From NCBI GenBank assembly GCA_963826115.1, contig CAWGVS010000012.1, positions 512,001-576,000 of the forward strand: a DNA stretch of 64,000 bases. The letters run 5' to 3'. This document shows positions 49,369-58,309 of this stretch, piece by piece. Every line of letters begins with the position of its first letter. Position 1 is the first letter of the stretch. This stretch comes from an uncultured Candidatus Rokubacteria bacterium. GTDB lineage: Bacteria; Methylomirabilota; Methylomirabilia; Rokubacteriales; DASRDR01. Under the pieces are notes generated by a model, which was given only the letters and a program-made list of their open reading frames with translations, made no database searches and was not told the DNA's origin. The translations under genes were made by a program, and so were the position numbers.

Positions 49369-50844
49369 ATGGCCGACGTCGATCCCTTCGCGCCCGCCAC
49401 CGAGCTCCTGGCCGCCCGGGCCGCCGGGCGCGTGACGGCGAGCGAGCTGACCGACCTCTACATCCGCCGGATCGAGCGCCACGACGGGCGCCTCAACGCG
49501 GTCGTGGTCCGCGACTTCGCGCGCGCCCGCCAGCAGGCGCGCGCCGCCGACCGGGCCGCCGCGCGCGGCGAGGGCGGCGCCCTCCTGGGCCTCCCGATGA
49601 CGATCAAGGAGTCCTTCAACGTGGTCGGGCTCCCCACGACCTGCGGCGTCCTGGACTGGCGCGATTTCGTCTCCCGCCACGACGCCCCCGCCGTCGAGCG
49701 GACCCGCGCCGCCGGCGCGGTCCTGCTCGGGAAGACCAACGTCCCGCCGATGCTCGCCGACTGGCAGTCCGCCAACCCGATCCACGGGCGCGCGAACAAC
49801 CCCTGGGACCTCGGCCGCACGCCCGGCGGGTCGAGCGGGGGCAGCGCGGCGGCGATCGCGGCGGGCCTCTCGGCCTTCGAGGTGGGCAGCGACATCGGCG
49901 GCTCGATCCGGGTGCCCGCCGTCTTCTGCGGCGTCTACGGCCACCGGCCGAGCGAGACGCTCCTGCCCAAGAGCGGGCAATTCCCCTTCCCGCCGCTGCC
50001 GAACTCGGTCGCCGTGATGGGCGTGCAGGGCCCGATCGCCCGCAGCGCCGAGGACCTCGAGCTCGGCCTCGCCGTCCTGGCCGGGCCCGACGCGGGCGAG
50101 GACGTGGCGTGGCGCGTCGCCTTGCCGCCCGCCCGCCACGACCGCCTCGCCGACTTCCGCGTCGCGGTGCTGCCCGCCATCCCCTGGATCACCGTCGACG
50201 ACGAGCTCACGCTCGCCCTTCACGACCTGGCGGGACGGCTCGGCCGGCTCGGCGCGACGGTGCAGGAGGTCCAGCCTGGCGTCTTCGGCGACCACCGCGC
50301 GCATCACCAGCTCTACCGGTCGCTCCTCGCCGCGATGACGAGCGCCCGCGACACCCCCGAGGGGCGCGAGAAACGGATCGTCTTCTGGAAGACCGGCACG
50401 GACGAGTTCTCCCGCGCGCACCTCCGCGGCCTCACCGGCGCACCCGGCGACCTCGTCGTGTGGGGCGCCCAGCGCGAGGGCTTCCGCCAGGCGTGGCGCG
50501 CGTTCTTCCAGGACTGGGACGTCCTGCTCGCCCCCGCCATCAACGTGCTCGCCTATCCGCATGTCGAGCGCGCCTGGCCCCCGGACGACAGCGACCTCCG
50601 TCTCACCCTCGACGTGAACGGCCGCGCCGTGCCCTACCTCCACGGGCTGGTCTACCCCGCGCTGTCGACGGTGGCGGGGCAGCCCGCCACCGCGTTCCCG
50701 GTGGGGCTCTCGCGCGGCGGGCTGCCCATCGGGCTGCAGGCCGTGGGCCCGTACCTCGAGGACCTGACGCCGATCCGCTTCGCGGCGCTCCTCGCCCGCG
50801 AGATCGGCGGCTTCCGCAAGCCGCCCGGCTTCGACGCGAGCTAG
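49369..50844 (+). CDS. Amidase signature family protein
   Basis: TIKES, GKTN, PGGSSGGS, GSDIGGSIR.PA. Confidence 0.93.
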   Translation: MADVDPFAPATELLAARAAGRVTASELTDLYIRRIERHDGRLNAVVVRDFARARQQARAADRAAARGEGGALLGLPMTIKESFNVVGLPTTCGVLDWRDFVSRHDAPAVERTRAAGAVLLGKTNVPPMLADWQSANPIHGRANNPWDLGRTPGGSSGGSAAAIAAGLSAFEVGSDIGGSIRVPAVFCGVYGHRPSETLLPKSGQFPFPPLPNSVAVMGVQGPIARSAEDLELGLAVLAGPDAGEDVAWRVALPPARHDRLADFRVAVLPAIPWITVDDELTLALHDLAGRLGRLGATVQEVQPGVFGDHRAHHQLYRSLLAAMTSARDTPEGREKRIVFWKTGTDEFSRAHLRGLTGAPGDLVVWGAQREGFRQAWRAFFQDWDVLLAPAINVLAYPHVERAWPPDDSDLRLTLDVNGRAVPYLHGLVYPALSTVAGQPATAFPVGLSRGGLPIGLQAVGPYLEDLTPIRFAALLAREIGGFRKPPGFDAS

Positions 50845-50858
50845 GCTGGCGTCGCGGC

Positions 50859-51005
50859 CCGGCGATCGCGCTGACGGCCCACGCGAGCGCGGACGCCCGC
50901 GTCGATTCCCTGCGCGCCGGCTACGACATCTACCTGGCGAAGCCGGTGGACCCGGCCGAGCTCGCGGTCGTGGTCAACCGGCTCGCCCGGCGCGCCGGCC
51001 CGTAA
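50859..51005 (+). pseudogene. Orphan C-terminal half of a response-regulator receiver domain
   Basis: PAIALTAHASADARVDSLRAGYDIYLAKPVDPAEL...stop, with no start codon or N-terminal half after the amidase stop. Confidence 0.72.
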
Positions 51006-51014
51006 CGGGCGCCG

Positions 51015-51740
51015 CTACTGCCGGCGCCTGCGGGAGCGGCCGGTGGCCCCCCGGTACCCCGCGGCCGCGGCTTCGAGGCGCGCCCCGAGCTCTTCCAGGC
51101 GCTCGCGCCCGAGCGCCTGGGCGCGCTTGAACATGTCCCGCTCCTCCTCCTTCACGTGATGGTCGACGATCTCGGACAGGACGGTCATCTTCGCGTCGAA
51201 GCGGTCGTCCCGAGGGCTCACCCGCGGCAGCTCGGCCAGCACCAGGTCGACGACGTGGTGCTCCTCCAGGGCCTCGTCGATGAGCGTCGTCGCTTCCTCG
51301 GTCCCGAGGCCGCGCACGGCGGGATAGAAGATGTCCTCCTCGATCTTCGTGTGCATCGCGAGCGCGCTCGCGATCTCGTGGAGGAGCTCGCGCCGCGCCC
51401 GGACCTCGTGGGCCTCGAGCACCTTCCGAAAGAGCTCCTCCAGCTCGCGGTGCTGGCCCTTCAGGACGCTCACCGCGTCGTGGCCCGCGGCCAACGTGCT
51501 GGTGATCGCCTCGCGGGCCGTGTTCACGAGCCCGGCGCCGACCTGCTTGACGGTGTCCGTCGACCCCCGCAGGACCTTGCCCATGGTCGACCCGGCCGCC
51601 TCGAGCATGGTCGACGCGCCCTGGCGCGGGCGCCGCTTCGATCGGGCGCGGGCCTCCGGCGGCCGCGCGGACGGCTTGACCTTGTTCGGCCGGCGGGAGC
51701 CGGCCGTCTTCGGACGGGGCGAGGCTGCGGTGCGAGTCAT
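51015..51740 (-). CDS. Hemerythrin (HHE cation-binding) domain protein with basic N-terminal extension
   Basis: QH, HTKIEE.IFYP, EEH, HHVKEEE; AAAGGAG RBS. Confidence 0.88.
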   Translation of the reverse strand: MTRTAASPRPKTAGSRRPNKVKPSARPPEARARSKRRPRQGASTMLEAAGSTMGKVLRGSTDTVKQVGAGLVNTAREAITSTLAAGHDAVSVLKGQHRELEELFRKVLEAHEVRARRELLHEIASALAMHTKIEEDIFYPAVRGLGTEEATTLIDEALEEHHVVDLVLAELPRVSPRDDRFDAKMTVLSEIVDHHVKEEERDMFKRAQALGRERLEELGARLEAAAAGYRGATGRSRRRRQ

Positions 51741-51795
51741 GGGGCTCTCCTTTCGGTGGCGGCCGAGCCGGCTCGGCCGTCCCTGGTCCGCAATC

Positions 51796-51812
51796 GTGCA
51801 AGTCCGCTGCCG
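51796..51812 (-). promoter_or_regulatory. Sigma54-type -24/-12 promoter (hemerythrin gene)
   Basis: CGGCAGCGGACTTGCAC, exact GG-N10-GC spacing. Confidence 0.65.
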
Positions 51813-51888
51813 CGCTCGTGTCCCGTGTCGGCGGGCGGGACCGCGCACGACAGGCCGTCGGACGCGCGACCGCGGGACCAGCGGCCCG

Positions 51889-52836
51889 CTAGCTCGCCTG
51901 GCGCGCCAGCCGCGAGCGGGTCCCGCGCGTCCTTGGCAGCGCCGCCGGCCGCGTCCGGCCCTCGAGGCTCGCTTTCAGGGCGTCCATGATGCTCACGACC
52001 GGGGCGCGCGCCGCCGCCGGCGTCTCCACCTCGATCACTCGCCCGTTCGCCTTGGCCCGGGCCGCCTGGAGCACGCGGCCGCGGTACGCGTCCTCGTAGC
52101 GCTCGGGCCTGAACGTGTCGCTCGCGAGCTCGCCGATGAGCCGGCGCGCGAGCTGGAGCTCCTCCGGTCGGCTGCGGCCCGGCGCCCGGGCGCCGGCGGG
52201 CCGCGCCCGGACCTCGTCGGCGAAGAAGAGCGTGTGGAGGATGAGCGTGCCCTCGACCGCGCGGAGCGCCACCAGGTTCTCCTTGCCCCGCATCAGGAAC
52301 GTCGCCAGGGCGACGCGCGAGTCCCCCTCCATGGCCTCGGTGAGGAGCCCGTACGCCTTCTCCCCGTCCTTCGCGGGCGCCAGGTAGTACGCCGTCTCGT
52401 AGTAGATGGGGTCGACGGCGGCCAGCGGCACGAACTCCGCGATGTCGATGGTCCGGGGGACCTCGCCCTCGAGCCGCTCGAGCTCCTCCGGGCTGAAGAC
52501 GACGTACTGGTCCTTTCCGACGTCGAGCCCTCGCACGAGCTCGCTCCGCTCGACGACGCGCCGGCAGACCGGGCAGTAGATCTGCTGCTGGATGCGGCTC
52601 CCGCAGGCCCCGTGGACCAGGTGGAACGCCGGCGCGAGCGACCGGGTCGCGCTCCGGAGCTCGACCGGAATCGTCACCAGGCCGAAGCTGATCATCGCGC
52701 TGCTGAGCGGGCGGGACTCCGGGCGCCCCTCGTCGACCACCGCCCGCGCCGGCTTCGCGCCACCGGGCCGGCGCCGGCCGGCGGGACGCTTCGCCGGGTT
52801 CGCTGACCCGATCGGGCTAGCCGTTCTCATCGACAT
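51889..52836 (-). CDS. ku: Non-homologous end-joining protein Ku
   Basis: ISFGLVTIPV.L, IDIAEFV, VDPIYYE..YYL.P, Y.D.YR. Confidence 0.93.
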   Translation of the reverse strand: MSMRTASPIGSANPAKRPAGRRRPGGAKPARAVVDEGRPESRPLSSAMISFGLVTIPVELRSATRSLAPAFHLVHGACGSRIQQQIYCPVCRRVVERSELVRGLDVGKDQYVVFSPEELERLEGEVPRTIDIAEFVPLAAVDPIYYETAYYLAPAKDGEKAYGLLTEAMEGDSRVALATFLMRGKENLVALRAVEGTLILHTLFFADEVRARPAGARAPGRSRPEELQLARRLIGELASDTFRPERYEDAYRGRVLQAARAKANGRVIEVETPAAARAPVVSIMDALKASLEGRTRPAALPRTRGTRSRLARQAS

Positions 52837-52906
52837 GCTCTCCTCCCGGCCGCGGCCGTCCCGCGGGCCGGCGCCGCGGCCCGGGTCTCATCCCGCCCCG
52901 TCACCA

Positions 52907-54499
52907 TCACTCGCGGGTATCCGCCGAGCGGACCTCGCGGTCGAAGCCGGGCAGGATCGCCTTGAAGAAGGCGTTCTGGATCAGCTTCACGATGGCCTGC
53001 GCCGTGCTCGTGTTCGGGTTGTCGAGGCGGCCCGAGATGTCGACCTCGGTGGCGACCTCCTTCCGCGGGACGTTCTTCATGACCTTCGCCACCCCGGTCA
53101 CGACCTGCTCGTAGAGCTTCTTCATCGCGCTCTTGTGCCGATCCTGCGCCGGGTCGTAGGCCTGCACGTCCTTGAACAGGGGCTTCACGTAGCCGCGGAC
53201 CTGTGCGTTCTTCACCGCGAGCTCCGAGTAGAAGGAGAACACTCCGGAGACGACGTCGAACTTGCCGTGGGCGCGCAGCATGTCGTTCATCGACCGGAGG
53301 TCGGTGGCCTCGATCGCCACGCGCAGGTCAAAATCGGGGCCGTCGACCTCCGGCCGGAAATGCGCCGTGATCTGAGTCGGGCCGTTGCCCATGAAGCGGC
53401 CGGTGACGGTCGCCGTCATCTCGCCTTCGCTCTTCTGGTTCGTGAAGTTCTCGACCCGCAGGCGCCTGACGTCCACGAAGGCGCGGTAGGCGGGTGTCGT
53501 CTTCTTGTTGAAGAAGCCGACGCGGCTGTCGACGAGCTCGACCTGGCGCGCGCGAAGCTTGAGGCCGGGCGCGTTGTTGGCCTTCTGCAGCGCCTGGACG
53601 GTCTTCCGGGCGGCCTTCTCGGGCACGCCGGTCGTCTGCGGGGTGGAGACGTACTCGATCTTCATGCCGCTGATCGTCGCCTCCCGCAGATCCGCCATCC
53701 GGACGGTGGGTCCGTACTCGAACGCGCCGGCGGCCGACAGGGTCCCGCCCTCGCTGGCGACGCTCCCGTGGTTCAGCACCGGCTTGAAGTAGTCGAGGGC
53801 GATCCCCGCCAGCGTCACGTCGCCCTGGATCCCCGGGATGGGCACGGCCAGGAAATCGGCCTGTCCGTCCAGGGTCACGCGACCGCTCTCGAAGACCACG
53901 GCGTCGACGTGCACGTCCGACGGATACGTCCGGTCCTGCGACCGGATGTTCCGGATGTTCCGGGCAATGAGGTTGATCCGGCTGGCCTCGAGCGGGGCGA
54001 ATCGCCTGTCGTCGACGTACGTCACGAGCCCGTCCGTCACGCGGACCTCGTTGATCTTGAGAGGGTAGATCGCCTGGAACGCTTCCTGCCAGCCGTGGTC
54101 CTTCACCGGGGTGGGGTCCGTCGCCTCCGCGCGGAGCTGCTGGAGGTTCACGTACAACGCCGGCTGATCCAGCGCGAAGTTCGCCACGAGGCGCCCGTGG
54201 AGGAGCGCCCGCCAGTGGACGCTCGCGTCGAGGCGCCGCGCGAGGAACACCGGCGGATCGGGGTGCGCCTCCTGCACGAACTCGAGGTCGTAGACGGTGA
54301 GCGAGAGCCCGACCGGGTGGAAGCTCACCGCCCGGATCCCTGCGCGGTAGCCCTTCAGCCGCTCGTTCATCTGGCGGACGATGATCCGCCGCAGCGGCTC
54401 GTCGACGAGGTGCGACGCGACGGCGGCCGCGCCGAGCAGGACGACGAGCGCGAGCCCACCAACCCAGACCCAACGTCGCCGGCGCCCGCTCGTGCGCAT
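52907..54499 (-). CDS. DUF748 (AsmA-like) domain protein
   Basis: N-terminal TM anchor; GYVKPLF and LIQNAFF.AI.PG C-terminal motifs. Confidence 0.78.
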   Translation of the reverse strand: MRTSGRRRRWVWVGGLALVVLLGAAAVASHLVDEPLRRIIVRQMNERLKGYRAGIRAVSFHPVGLSLTVYDLEFVQEAHPDPPVFLARRLDASVHWRALLHGRLVANFALDQPALYVNLQQLRAEATDPTPVKDHGWQEAFQAIYPLKINEVRVTDGLVTYVDDRRFAPLEASRINLIARNIRNIRSQDRTYPSDVHVDAVVFESGRVTLDGQADFLAVPIPGIQGDVTLAGIALDYFKPVLNHGSVASEGGTLSAAGAFEYGPTVRMADLREATISGMKIEYVSTPQTTGVPEKAARKTVQALQKANNAPGLKLRARQVELVDSRVGFFNKKTTPAYRAFVDVRRLRVENFTNQKSEGEMTATVTGRFMGNGPTQITAHFRPEVDGPDFDLRVAIEATDLRSMNDMLRAHGKFDVVSGVFSFYSELAVKNAQVRGYVKPLFKDVQAYDPAQDRHKSAMKKLYEQVVTGVAKVMKNVPRKEVATEVDISGRLDNPNTSTAQAIVKLIQNAFFKAILPGFDREVRSADTRE

Positions 54500-54521
54500 C
54501 GAGTGACTCCGTCCATCGTCA

Positions 54522-54538
54522 GTGCAAGGCCGCTGCCG
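54522..54538 (-). promoter_or_regulatory. Sigma54-type -24/-12 promoter (DUF748-ku)
   Basis: CGGCAGCGGCCTTGCAC, identical at 16 of 17 positions to the site at 51796-51812. Confidence 0.65.
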
Positions 54539-54785
54539 GAGAAAAGCCGCTGGAATGGCGGGCGTGATCGGCGCGGCGAGCGCCGACACGGCGTCGTGAC
54601 CGCGTCAGGTTGGCCGGATCCCCGGCGGCCGCGTGGACCCCGGCCGCGGGACGGCGGAGGACGCGCCGGAGCTTGCCTCGCCGCGTGTTCCCGCCCGCGG
54701 GTCCAGCACGACGCGTACGTGGGACCGGGGCCATGGCTTCGGGGCCCCGGGGTGCCCGGCTACACTCGAGGCGGGGAGGGAGACC

Positions 54786-56012
54786 ATGGGCCCCGAGCCT
54801 GCCTACGAGACCATCGACGTCGAAGGCGGCGTGCCGATCAAGGCGTGGATCCGCGGTGTTGCCCTCGAGGACGCGGCCGCCCAGCAGCTCCGGAACGTCG
54901 CCCGGCTGCCGTGCGTGCACGGCTGGGTGGCCGCGATGCCGGACGTGCACTGGGGCATCGGGGCCACCGTCGGCAGCGTCATCCCGACGGTCGGCGCGAT
55001 CATCCCGGCCGCCGTCGGCGTCGACATCGGCTGCGGCATGGCCGCGGTTCGGACCACGCTGACCGCGAGCGACCTGCCCGAGAGTCTCCGCGAGGTGCGC
55101 GGGGCCATCGAGCGGGCCGTCCCCCACGGCCGGACGTCACGGGGCCGCGACAAGGGGTCGTGGGAGCATCCGCCGGCGCCGGCTCTCCGCGCCTGGACGT
55201 CGCTCCGGCCGCGCTTCGACGCGATCACCGCCAAGCACAACAAGGTCACGCGCTCGAACCACGTGACCCACCTCGGCACGCTCGGGACCGGGAACCACTT
55301 CGTCGAGGTCTGCCTGGACGAGGCGGACCGGGTCTGGGTGCTGCTCCACAGCGGGTCCCGGGGCGTGGGGAACCGGATCGGGACGTACTTCATCGAGCTC
55401 GCGAAGCACGACATGCGGAAGCACCTGGCGAACCTCCCCGACGAGGACCTCGCCTACCTCGACGAGGGCACCGCCCACTTCGCCGACTACGTCGAGGCCG
55501 TCGGCTGGGCACAGGACTTCGCCCTGGTGAACCGCCGGCTCATGATGGACGCGATCGTCCAGGCGATGCGGGCGGTGCCCGGGATCCCGCCGTTCGAGGT
55601 CGGCGCGACCGCCGTGAACTGTCACCACAACTACGTGACCCGGGAGCGCCACGGCGGGCGCGAGGTCTATGTCACGCGGAAGGGCGCGGTCCGGGCCGGT
55701 GCCGGGCAGCTCGGCATCATCCCCGGGAGCATGGGAGCGCGTTCCTACATCGTGCGAGGGCGCGGCAACCCCGAGAGCTACGAGAGCTGCAGCCACGGGG
55801 CGGGCCGCGCAATGTCCCGCAACGAAGCGAAGCGGCGCTTCACGCTGGCGGACCACGCGGCCGCGACCGCGGGCATCGAGTGCCGGAAGGACGCTGACGT
55901 CCTCGACGAGACGCCGGGTGCCTACAAGCCCATCGACGCCGTCATGGAAGCGCAGCGGGACCTCGTCGAGATCGTGCACACCCTCCGGCAGGTCGTGTGC
56001 GTGAAGGGGTGA
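54786..56012 (+). CDS. rtcB: RtcB RNA ligase
   Basis: MPDVH.G.G, VGVDIGCG, GTLG.GNHF.E, HSGSRG, HHN, PGSMG, SHGAGR, AYK, VKG. Confidence 0.96.
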   Translation: MGPEPAYETIDVEGGVPIKAWIRGVALEDAAAQQLRNVARLPCVHGWVAAMPDVHWGIGATVGSVIPTVGAIIPAAVGVDIGCGMAAVRTTLTASDLPESLREVRGAIERAVPHGRTSRGRDKGSWEHPPAPALRAWTSLRPRFDAITAKHNKVTRSNHVTHLGTLGTGNHFVEVCLDEADRVWVLLHSGSRGVGNRIGTYFIELAKHDMRKHLANLPDEDLAYLDEGTAHFADYVEAVGWAQDFALVNRRLMMDAIVQAMRAVPGIPPFEVGATAVNCHHNYVTRERHGGREVYVTRKGAVRAGAGQLGIIPGSMGARSYIVRGRGNPESYESCSHGAGRAMSRNEAKRRFTLADHAAATAGIECRKDADVLDETPGAYKPIDAVMEAQRDLVEIVHTLRQVVCVKG

Positions 56013-56023
56013 GGGGAGGAGAG

Positions 56024-56485
56024 ATGGCACCGGCGCAGGACGAGGCCCTCATCCGCGAGCTGGTGGACCTCTTCGTGGAGGGATGGAACGCCGCCGACGG
56101 GGCAGCCTGCGCGCGGCCCTTCGCCGCCGACGCGGACTTCTTCGCCGTGACCGGCTTGAAGGCCCGCGGCCGCGACCTGATCGGACGCGCGCACGCCGAG
56201 ATCCTGGCCACGGTCTTTCGCGGCACGCGGCTCGCCTCCACGGTGGAGGCCGTTCGCTTCGTGCGCCCCGACGTCGCCCTGGCGGACGTCACGTTCCGTC
56301 TCACGCTGGCGGACGGCGCCCCGTTCATGCCCGGCCACTACCCGGGGCATTCCTCCGCGGGCGTGCTGGCGGTCAGGGAGCGCGACGCCTGGGCGATCGT
56401 GTCCTTCCGGAACATGGTGCCCTTCGGCCGCCCGACGCCCGGCCCCGTCGAGCACTCACTGACGAAGCGGCCCGGCGGGAGCTAG
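56024..56485 (+). CDS. SnoaL/NTF2-like (SgcJ/EcaC, DUF4440) protein
   Basis: WNAAD.....PFA.DADF..V.G, VRFVRPDVA; GGAGGA RBS. Confidence 0.82.
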   Translation: MAPAQDEALIRELVDLFVEGWNAADGAACARPFAADADFFAVTGLKARGRDLIGRAHAEILATVFRGTRLASTVEAVRFVRPDVALADVTFRLTLADGAPFMPGHYPGHSSAGVLAVRERDAWAIVSFRNMVPFGRPTPGPVEHSLTKRPGGS

Positions 56486-56496
56486 GCCCCCCGGCA

Positions 56497-56719
56497 CGCC
56501 CCGCCCAGGCCCGGCAGTCGCTCAGCGCTGCGCCATTCCAGGAACGGCGCGCCCGGATCGTTCATGGGCACGAGAGTCCACCCGCATCGTCTCGGCGCTG
56601 CCGCGGTCGTAGCCCGTCATCCACGTCTGGGGCGCCTCCACGATCGCCTGACCGGCCGCCGCCGCGAGGGGGCACGCCCTTCGATCTCCAGCGTGAGGGT
56701 GGTCTCCAGCCCGTAGACC
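56497..56719 (-). pseudogene. Frameshifted remnant of the 3' half of the cupin gene (copy of 62238-62462)
   Basis: Long runs shared with the intact gene (CCACGATCGCCTGACCGGC, GCCCTTCGATCTCCAGCGTGA, CCAGGAACGGCG) and with its post-stop flank. Confidence 0.85.
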
Positions 56720-56899
56720 CGGCCGGCGGGCCAATTGCCCACACTTCCTGCACATTGGGACGGCGGCGCGACCCTCAGAGCACGCCGAAGCTGGTGGTGC
56801 AAACCTGACCACCGGCGGTGTGCCGGATCCCGAGGCACGCGGAATATCCGCGCGGCCCTCATCGGTCCGAGTGGGCGCAGGGCAGGCAATACGGGGGAC

Positions 56900-57021
56900 T
56901 GCACTGTAGACGGTGCAGGTGTGCACTGCTGGCTGTGCAATCGGGCTAGGTACACGAACTTTCAGACTTCTCTCGCCACGTGGCCGCGGTCGCAGTCCTC
57001 GACTGCACACCGCACTGTGCA
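56900..57021. promoter_or_regulatory. Three TGCAC-N8-GTGCA palindromes (putative enhancer-binding-protein sites)
   Basis: Sites at 56900-56917, 56922-56939 and 57004-57021. Confidence 0.65.
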
Positions 57022-57100
57022 CCACGCCACGGGGGCCCCGGCGGGGATGCCAGCGGAAAACCTCTCCGCCCTCGCAGGGTTGGCGTTCAGGCGACGGCAA

Positions 57101-57115
57101 GGCACGGTGTATGCA
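57101..57115 (+). promoter_or_regulatory. Sigma54-type -24/-12 promoter
   Basis: GGCACGGTGTATGCA, correct GG-N10-GC spacing, 80-200 bp downstream of the palindromes. Confidence 0.6.
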
Positions 57116-57380
57116 CACGTCAGGGGCTCGTCGATCCGCATCGAGCTTCTACCATGATGCGTCGCGTAGTGCCCCGGACCCGGTCTCGGGACGGTCCAGA
57201 AGCCGCTCCCCCCCGTGGCATGTCCCGCGGGCCCGTAACAATCACGCCGACGCCGGCGACGGCTCCGACGCGGCGCCGCTCCCCGCGGTGACCCGGCCTT
57301 CGAGAAAATCGCGACTAGACGGCGGTCACGACGAAACTGCCGCTCCGCGCCACTTTCGCGGTCGTTCCGATCTCGCGACG

Positions 57381-58256
57381 ATGACGGGCTCGGGTTCCGG
57401 GCCGGCTTGCAGCGTTCAGCCAGCGGGGACGGCCGCGTCGCTCGCCGTTCTGGTCGTGGAGGACGACGAGCCAGTCCGCGCGCTCGTCCGGATCGCCCTC
57501 GAGGATGTCGCGCGCGTGCGCGAGGCTGGGGGCGCGGACGAAGCCTTGACGATCCTTGAAGACCGCGGCGCAGGAGAGATCGACGTCCTGCTCGTCGACT
57601 ACATGATGCCCCGGCGCTCCGGGCTCGAGCTCCTGCGTCTCGTCAAGGCTCGGTGGCCCTGGCTGTCGATGATCATGATGACCGGGTTCGGCTCGGAGGA
57701 GCTCGCGATCCAGGCGCTTCGCGCCGGCGCGCGCGATTACCTGAGAAAGCCGCTCGACGTGACGGAGCTCCGGCGCGTCGTCGTCGCGTGCGCGCGCGCC
57801 GAGAGACCTCCCGCCGCCGGCGCCCCGGCCCTCTCCGGGACGCCGGCCCCCGCCGAGCGCTCCGGCGTGCGTCAGGCGCTGGCCTTCGTCCGCGAGCACT
57901 TCACCGAGCCCATCACGCTGTCCCAGGTCGCCCGCGAGGCGCGCCTCAGCAAGTTCCACTTCTGCCGTCTGTTTCAGCGCCGCGTCGGCATGTCCTTCCG
58001 GGAGTACCTGTGCGGCCTCCGGCTGGAGCGGGCCCAAGTCCTCCTGGCCGATCGCGACCTCACCGTCACCGAGGTGGCCTACGCGATCGGGTTCAACGAT
58101 CTCTCCCACTTCGACAAGGTCTTCAACCGGATCGTCGGGATGTCGCCGACCGAGTACCGGCGATCGATCTGGACGCTCCCTGAGCAACCGCCGCCAAGCT
58201 TTTCGCAACCGAGCCCAAGACCCGCGCCCCGTCCTCCCCTAGGCTCCCTCTCCTAG
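57381..58256 (+). CDS. Response regulator: receiver domain + AraC HTH
   Basis: VLVVEDD, LVDYMMP (phospho-Asp), MMTG, YLRKP; AraC LS..HFCRLF, TVTEVAY.IGF.D.SHF...F. Confidence 0.93.
   Translation: MTGSGSGPACSVQPAGTAASLAVLVVEDDEPVRALVRIALEDVARVREAGGADEALTILEDRGAGEIDVLLVDYMMPRRSGLELLRLVKARWPWLSMIMMTGFGSEELAIQALRAGARDYLRKPLDVTELRRVVVACARAERPPAAGAPALSGTPAPAERSGVRQALAFVREHFTEPITLSQVAREARLSKFHFCRLFQRRVGMSFREYLCGLRLERAQVLLADRDLTVTEVAYAIGFNDLSHFDKVFNRIVGMSPTEYRRSIWTLPEQPPPSFSQPSPRPAPRPPLGSLS
58184..58245 (+). promoter_or_regulatory. Putative AraC-activated promoter for the 717-aa gene
   Basis: Direct repeat GCAACCG-N3-CCAAG at 58184 and 58205 (21-bp period), then TAGGCT -10 at 58240. Confidence 0.55.
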
Positions 58257-58309
58257 GCCCAAGGCCGTCGTCACAACGCCCGGACCCGCAACACAGGGGA
58301 GGATCGGCC

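Noticed and set aside
54600-54785. RtcR/sigma54-type promoter for rtcB
   Set aside because: No correctly spaced GG-N10-GC found; a TACACT -10 box precedes the RBS instead.
56735-57291. Small Cys-rich peptide ORFs in the intergenic region
   Set aside because: The Cys codons arise from the TGCAC/GTGCA DNA palindromes; no RBS or codon bias.
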